Below are positions 51,265-64,000 of a stretch of 64,000 nucleotides of DNA, piece after piece (positions within the stretch are counted from its first letter, which is position 1; every line of letters starts with the position of its first letter). Position numbers and translations under genes: made by a program. The notes below the pieces were generated by a model. The model worked only from the letters and a program-made list of their open reading frames with translations. It made no database searches and was not told where the DNA came from. Source of the DNA: Paraspadella gotoi (Eukaryota > Animalia > Chaetognatha); contig CM119264.1 in NCBI GenBank assembly GCA_051294375.1, forward strand, positions 17,186,278 through 17,250,277. Reading direction: 5' to 3'.

Positions 51265-54200
51265 TCTCTCTCTCTCTGTATATTTCGCCCTAATAGAATC
51301 CGCCTCATGGCACACCAATCGGGGCTACAACCGTCATCACACCGCACACAATGGTCTTATCACATCAACACTCACCTTTATCTCCGCCGCGATCGCCGAC
51401 CTTTCCTGCGGATCTGCAAAGACTAAGCGGCTTATCTGATCATCCCTTCGACCGCTGGAATGTTTTCGTTTTGTTAAAACGCGATGAAACCCAAGATAAG
51501 TTCCTGTCAGCTTTTTTATGTCATTGGTGTATGAAACAGTAGCCTACCGAAATTTATGAATCGTTATTCGTCAAGTAATGACTAAATGGGTGTTCATTGG
51601 TTAAGAATTTCACTATGACAATAAAAGTGCCCCTGTTTTCGTCTCTATGCACCATTTTGCAGTATCCTGTATAGGTATCCTGTATCCTGTATAGGTATGT
51701 ACACAATTATTTGCTTAATCGACAAAATTGATAAATATCGCGTGATCANNNNNNNNNNNNNNNNNNNNNNNNNNNNNNNNNNNNNNNNNNNNNNNNNNNN
51801 NNNNNNNNNNNNNNNNNNNNNNNNNNNNNNNNNNNNNNNNNNNNNNNNNNNNNNNNNNNNNNNNNNNNNNNNNNNNNNNNNNNNNNNGAGAGAGAGAGAG
51901 AGAGAGAGAGAGAGTTATTTTTGGCTAAATCCGCTGAACTCGGGTTAATTGGCACCGAAAAGGCCGTCAGCGACGACAACTCGTGTAAGGGGGGGACGTA
52001 ATTACTCTATCGTTACAAAACCCTAACAAAACGGAACACAAAACGCGGAAAGGAAAAGGGAAGAGAGAAAATGAAAAAGGTTCCGTTGGGACTGAAAGTT
52101 GATCGTCGGACGATGGATTTCGATTTTTAGACATTTGACAGTCGAAGAAGAGAACAAGGATGAAGTCGGTCGGAAATTCACCGGAATTTCACCGGAAATT
52201 CACGGGAAATAATGAATAAGGGGCGGATAGAATTTAACTTGAGAGAAGAGAAGAAGTTTGTTCCTAACTCTGCTAGCTCTTACTATTTAATTTCGAAAAC
52301 GCTACACTAAAAATGACTTTTCCGCTTACGAATTTTTTTTATAAATCACGACCCAATGAGTCGAAGGGAGTGGTAGAGTGAAAAGCGACCCGCGGTTTCA
52401 GAGAGAAAGCAGACGGTCATTTCGAGATGAAATACTGACATTTTTGTTATTTTTCGCGACAATGTCAACGAGGGGGTTCTACCGTGAGAAAAAGTAAACA
52501 CTGAGGTTATATGACTGCAGCAATTGGAGCGCGAAGTGTGTTGTAGAAACAGGACATATTGATTTATCCAATTTTTTTTTTAAAGATTAATTTACTTAAG
52601 AGCGACGTTATTAAACAATAGTTAATAGATTTTACTGTCAGCGTTGAGTAAGATAGTCTTTTTTTAGATTAATATATTTTTTTTATATGAAAAACTAAAA
52701 CGTAAGATGCCTTATCGAGTATCGACACCGACGAACATTCGCGACTCATTTTTTTTTCATAAATAATCTATGAGGCAACTAAGTTCCTACACGAGTGCGT
52801 CCCTCGAAAGTGGGATAAAAGTGCGACGAAAGTGGGACAAAATGGGCTGCGGGGTTCACGGCTCGTTAGTAGGTACGAGACGCTGACAGGGAAGTTGAGA
52901 AAGGAGGAGGAGGAGGAGGATGAGAAGGGGAGGGGGCATTGGATGGGATGGTGGGGGGGGGAGGAGTCAACGCGGTTTCGCTTCGTCGCGACGGAATATT
53001 CCAACTCGAACATCTTTTCGCTCGCGGAGGAGACGACGTCTTCTCCGCGGGACGTCGAGGTTATGATGAGTTCGCTCGACGGCGACGACGACGACGACGA
53101 CGACGAGGACGACGACGACGACGACGGGGGGCATCGAGATGAGGTGGAGGGAGTTGAATGAGGTTAGTCTCAACGGGGGGTGTTGGAGGGGGGGGTTTAG
53201 AAGAAGAAGAGGGGGTTTTAACTATTATCTTTTTTTAATTTAGTTTCTGTTAAATCTGTCGAATGAGGCTCGAATTTGTTTGTTAGTAATATCTAGTTAT
53301 CTTTGATAAAAACGCGAAAATATTATCAGTGCGCACTCACTTAAATTATGGGATACAGGACTTCGATCTGGGTTGAAAGTTACCTTATCACTTAATAAAT
53401 TCAATTTTCATGACGGTTTTTGGAGTTTTTGATTGTAATTTATTCGGTGCTGTATCAACAAACTATAATCAATTATAATTTCACAAACGAACAAATTTAA
53501 ATGAAATCCACTACAAGTTAATTTTTTCGTCAATTTTTTCGAAAATCTCTCCGAAAGGTTCCTTGAGATTGTTATTAAATTCACACCATACTCTGTAACT
53601 ATGTACTCTCTGTTGCCTTCACACACCTTATGCCCCCCAGCCCCCACACCTCTCTCTTCCCGATTCGCCTGACTCTGCGAAGTTATTAACTCGAGTGGTT
53701 CCCCGCTGTCTTCCTCTCTATTGCCTAATCCTCGCCTCATAAAAGAGGACAGAATCTCATATCCGACCCCAATCTTTTCTTCCTCCCCAACTCTCCTCCT
53801 CTTCCAGTTACATCCCTGCCTCGCCATTCTCGTCTACTCGTTATATCAGTTTTTCATACTTGTTCTCTATCAATCTATGCTTCAGTGTGAAAAACTCTCT
53901 CCTTACTCTACATTCATGTCTATTCATACCAGATCTTAACTCTAAAATCTACATTGCACTCTCAGTGGACTCTATTGCTATGACTGATGATACTTTTTAC
54001 ATTTCTCTACAGCTCATCCATCTGTTTCATCTTTCATGCCTCTTTAATCACCAATTTATCAAGTCTCTCCAAGGTTTTGCTTTAATTCTCCCCTGGATTA
54101 AAAACCTCAAGATATTCGATCGTCTTCTGTTGAAACCTACTCATCAACCGACCACAATTCCTCGCGACCATCACCCTTCGCCATAAATAGCCCATTTCCC

Positions 54201-54617
54201 TCCATCGGTCTCGATGAGCGCCGAACGCGTAACCGGTAAACTTGTCATCAGTTAACGACTTCGCAGTTACGCGAATCGGAATCGACGCCCGAACGCGATG
54301 ACTCAGGCGATTTGGGATCCAAAGCGGTCGGGATGAGATTTCGGTCTCTGTGGTCCATCGAAGTCCGTGACGTCGTAGATGATATCTTCGTCATTCACGT
54401 CAGCATCGTCGTCGTCGCTCAAGTTCACGTCTTCGACCGCCGTCACGCCCGTTTAGCGTTCAGCGCGTGACGTAAAACCTAAAGCGCCTCACTGCCGACG
54501 CGTTCACGCCCGTCATCGGACGGAGGGATGGGCGGTTACGGGGGGACGTGGAAAAAAGAAGGGCGAAATAGAGGGAGAAGTCAGGTGGGCCAAAAGCGGT
54601 TGGAGATACTAATGAGA

Positions 54618-54689
<72 letters not shown>

Positions 54690-55233
54690 CGAATCACCGC
54701 AAAGCTTTCGACGCTTGGTAGGGGTCAGCACAGAAAGGTAGTGAATCTATCTCCTTGGATCGCCCAAGTTTATATCTTCTATCTTGATTTAGATTATAGA
54801 AACAAATTATTCACGAAGAGTCGAATTCGAAACCAACCTCCTTCAAAATTTCAAATTCAAATTTAATTAAAGCTATACAAGAAACTTGTCATTTTTAGTT
54901 AAAAGATTGGAGACAACAAAATGGTGTCGTCAATGACTAAAAGTCGACGACAACAGGGATGAGGAAGACAACGACAGCGACCATTGACGCCACGTGCGCC
55001 ATTCATTCGTTTTCTCGTGGCCTCTTTAGTTGAACGCCGCTCGTGGGACGGGGACCCTTATGGGCTCATATTTCACGGTGGGTCCTCGTTGGGCGGTCAT
55101 CGCAAGTCTACGTTTCTGTATCCGTGTCTCTTACTTATCCTTCTTGAGCACTATATCTTGTACTTATTCAGTCTCTCACTCTCTCTATCTCTTTTCGTTT
55201 TTCTCTCTAATCCTCTTTTGCCTATCCCTATCC

Positions 55234-55328
<95 letters not shown>

Positions 55329-56136
55329 CTCTCTCCGAAGTTTTATTCCGAAATCACCCACCATATTGAACTTAAAGGGCTCACCCAACGAAACTTACTG
55401 TACAACAAACAACAAACAAACAACAACAAACTGTATCGAATTAAAAAAAATTGGTTCGTGAGGGCGCATATCGGCACAGCGTTCTCGTCACCCTATCTAC
55501 ATCCCAAACGCTTCTCGAACGCCCTCACGCAATCTCGCGTCGGCCGCGCCTTCGTAAGAGTCGCACGCGTCGCGCGAGCTCCCTGTTCGGCGACGCACGT
55601 GTGGGCGACTGATTGCGATCGAGGATGTCCTTGTCGCCCAAACTGTGGGTATCATCTGCTCAAATATTGTGGAGCCGCAAAATTAGTTCTTCCACACCCC
55701 TCAACAATCCCCTCCTCAACAATCCCCCTCCTTGATTGGAATTCTTCTTTTCGTGGCATCAAGGCGGAAAACCGCCAAAATGGGCGCGAACTTGTTGTTT
55801 AGTTGGTTGGTTGGTAACGACTTTGATTTTTCGTTGAGTTGAGTCAAGATCAGAGAGGACAAAAAGATCGTCGTATGAAAATGGAAGGTAAAAATAACAT
55901 AAGGATAGGATAACAATAAGAAAGTGAAATAAGAACAGTAAATGTACATCAAATAGAAGTAGAACTTACTCCCAGCGCAGAAATAAGTAAGAGAGTTTTG
56001 AAACCAATAGTCAACAAACAGTTTTATATCCAGTCATTACCCACTAAAATCATTGAACAGCAAAATTGATTTTTTTTTACTAAAAGTAAAAATTAAGTAA
56101 AAATAAACTAAAAACGAACGAAATAACTGCTTAAAA

Positions 56137-60893
<4,757 letters not shown>

Positions 60894-61238
60894 TGAGGAG
60901 AGGGCGACATCTCATTCTAATTAGAAAACAAAAATGAAAAATAGCATACTATATAGAAAAATTATCGGTAGATGAAATGAAATGAAATTTGTGTGCTTAG
61001 ACCAAATATTATAGTAATTTAACACTGTGTCGTCTTAATTATTGTCTCTTTAGTCTTCTTTTTTTTGTAGAAACAGATACATGCAACGTTGGAGAGTTTA
61101 AATGAAATCTCAACCGTTATTGTCAAAAGGCAATCTCATAGCGACAATCATCCATGGGTTTCTCACCGCAGATTTTCGCGGCGTTCTCCATTTTTCTGAA
61201 TGGAAGTCTCTTCTCATCCCCGAAGCCACGTGCCTTCG

Positions 61239-61307
<69 letters not shown>
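61239..61307. repeat. (GTC)n microsatellite
   Basis: Directly visible. Confidence 0.95.
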
Positions 61308-61719
61308 CTCGTGTTGGACGACGCAGGAATACTGATTGCTCTTCCTATCATCTTTGCCTCGGGGGGTCCAATTGAAGGCTGTGGGTGAGCGGGTCCCATT
61401 TAGAGTGGGGTCCGTATCACTTTAGGACATGAATTCGAAGGGTGGTGAGCGAAAGAATTAGGAAAAAATCCTCTTCATAACAATTCAATTAACATAAAGT
61501 TGTTTGACTCGAGACTTTAAATAATATTGGTTTCAAATAATATTAAATTAATATTTTAGACATTAAAAATCTAGGGCGTTATTATAATTTTAGGTGAGGT
61601 ATTCCTGCGATGGTTGCGCCCGTATGTCTTGAGAAACTCGGTATTTGCTCTGCCGTTGTTGGGTATCGTTCTGTGAAAAAAACCCAGCACCGCTTGCAAG
61701 GAAAAACACACACACACAC

Positions 61720-61787
<68 letters not shown>

Positions 61788-62319
61788 ATCTCGTTTGGGG
61801 CCCCACGGGATTTTGGGTCGTTGGACATTTGAATAAAGTTATCCTCAATTAGAACCGCGATTCCCTTTCAAACTCTCGCCCACAGGGACCGCGGGCGATG
61901 CGCCGGTCTAAGCGGGCGTGCCGTGGCGTTTGTGGCGTTCTTGGCGTCCGTGGCGCGATTTCGATCGCGCAGGAATGCGAATCGAGAGAAAGGAAGGGAG
62001 AGGCGCTATCGTTTGCGAAGAGAAGACTAATAAAAGCGTTTGGTCTCGTCGCCCCGATTTGGACCAATTTTCCCCTTTAAACCAAAAATCTGCACTCTTC
62101 AAAACTTTTAACGTATATTTACTTAGTATATTATTTAGTCAATCGCAAAATGGATCATTCAACGACGTCGAACTAATTCAACCCAACCCAACTCAACCCC
62201 ATCTCTTAATCCGCCAACCAACGCCACACCTCGTAAATCGCGCCACGTTTTTGCGATTTCCGCCCACCGCAAACGAGATCGGAGGCGCCGAGAAGATAAT
62301 CACTTCCTCCGCGCTTGCA

Positions 62320-62424
<105 letters not shown>

Positions 62425-63258
62425 AAAATTATTAAAAAAATCGCATCAAGACTGTTGAATACTGAATTATATTTTTTTTTCAAAGTTGCTTCCTAATATT
62501 AAGATTTAAATCTGGAATTCATTTTCAAATTAAAAAATTATGAATCATATATTTTTTTAGTTGTGTTGAGTCGTTAGGAAAGTTAGATAGAAAAGTTTTG
62601 AAAAGTTACGAAAGTTCTACTTGCCAACCCCAAATTCCTTAGTTAATGTTCTATCTCTCATTCTATGGTTATCCGAAATTTGCAAATTAGTTTCGTCGCT
62701 TCGTTTCGCCCGTTTAACCGCAATTCGTCATTTGGCTCGCGTTGCGTCACGGAACGTGGGCGCGACAGAAATCTTTGACAAAAGACGTGTCGAAAATTGC
62801 GAAATGCCAGGTCTATTAAAAATTTGTCTTGATCGTAACTTGAGAATTCCCTCTTCTCAAAGTTAAAAGTGGATTCTGACAATTAGACGATTTAGAGAAA
62901 TAGTTCTTTGTTGTAGTTTGAAGTAGTTTTTTTGCATTGAATTTGAAACTAAAATTGATTAAAATTCTGCGCACTGTAGTTTCTGGTATGCAAGGTAAGA
63001 AAACAATTTTAACGTCATATCAAAACAAACAAAACAAAAAAAGGCAATGCTGCACTGCAAGATAATTCCCGGTAAAACTAGAGCGGCTCCAGCGCAATGA
63101 AAACTCCGGCAGAATGACGCGATGCAACTAAAACCGCAACAGAATTGAGGTTTGCAAAGAAGCAACGAGCCTTGCGAGGCGCAAATTAAAGAATCCTTTG
63201 CCGTTGGCCTCCAAAAACCAAAGTCCCTAATGATGCCGTTGTTCGGTGCCGCGGAAAG

Positions 63259-63369
63259 AAGCAGGAGATAGGAGCAGGGTGCTGAGGGTGGAAATGGGGC
63301 GTTTCATCAAAGCTGGAAAAAGTAGGGTAAAAGAAAGCAGGAGATAGGAGCAGGGTGCTGAGGGTGGAA
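63259..63369 (+). repeat. 35-bp direct duplication
   Basis: AAGCAGGAGATAGGAGCAGGGTGCTGAGGGTGGAA at about 63259 and 63335. Confidence 0.85.
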
Positions 63370-64000
63370 GTGGCACAGTGATCGAAATGAGGTTTTTTTC
63401 TCAGAAAAACTATGCCAATCGTGCAATTAGTTGATTTTTAGTAGGTTGTTATATATGTAAGTAAGTTATATTTAAAAAACTTTATTCGTTACCTTATAAA
63501 ATGGTAAATATGTTTGTATGATTTTTTAAATTTGGTAAAAAGAGAAAATAATTCTACCATGGTTTTTTTGATCATTTCCAGAATTTTTTTTAAATAAAAC
63601 AGTAAAAGACGATTCTAACACTAAATTTCGTATTGAATTAATCAAGTATCTAAATGTTTTTTAGTTTCCATCACAGCTTTCCAGTTTTAAAAATTATTTT
63701 AAATTTCCTTCCACAAAAAAATTTCATGGCCTTATAAATTAGGCGTCATCATAAAAACATGCAATAAAGAGTATTATGGAATTGATGATAAGAAATATGA
63801 TATAAGATGATTCGCACCCACAAGCAACTCAGGATCCCTCAAACCCTTGTCGAAGCAAAGATTTCGTCGAACTGCGATCGCGCGATCTCTCTCGAGATTT
63901 TGTCGCGCGATTTCTTGCGATCGTCGTGTGAAGACATTATGACGAGCGTGAGAATTAAAGTTCGATATGAAAAAGTAGTCATATCGAAGGAAAGTCCGAT

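Noticed and set aside
53640-54190. Pyrimidine-rich stretch that might be an old LINE fragment
   Set aside because: No recognisable RT or endonuclease motif in any frame.

Overview
Microsatellite-rich, gapped scaffold from an invertebrate-like metazoan (spliceosomal introns, six N gaps, long-read-type indel noise). Most of the six-frame ORFs are artefacts of (GA)n, (GAC)n and (ATC)n repeats. Five spliced genes could be assembled by hand: a WDR86-like WD40 protein (+, 18556-24220) with a pair of mutually exclusive duplicated exons; a secreted furin-like Cys-rich plus hevein-like protein (-, 26386-29187); a two-TM uncharacterised membrane protein (-, 30942-33540); the cilia protein HOATZ (+, 36200-37145); and a divergent alpha-tubulin lacking the C-terminal Tyr (+, 56137-60893). 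The main discovery is a 738-bp non-coding LTR element in tubulin intron 3 (minus strand; ~250-bp LTRs, 4-bp TSD, tRNA-Trp-like PBS) whose LTRs each carry a circularly permuted (type-P5) twister ribozyme with a palindromic minimal P1. It resembles an animal LTR retrozyme that uses twister instead of hammerhead. Related copies at 23.3-23.7 kb and 8.0-8.2 kb show structure-preserving covariation. All folds and alignments were read by eye; no searches or folding programs were run.
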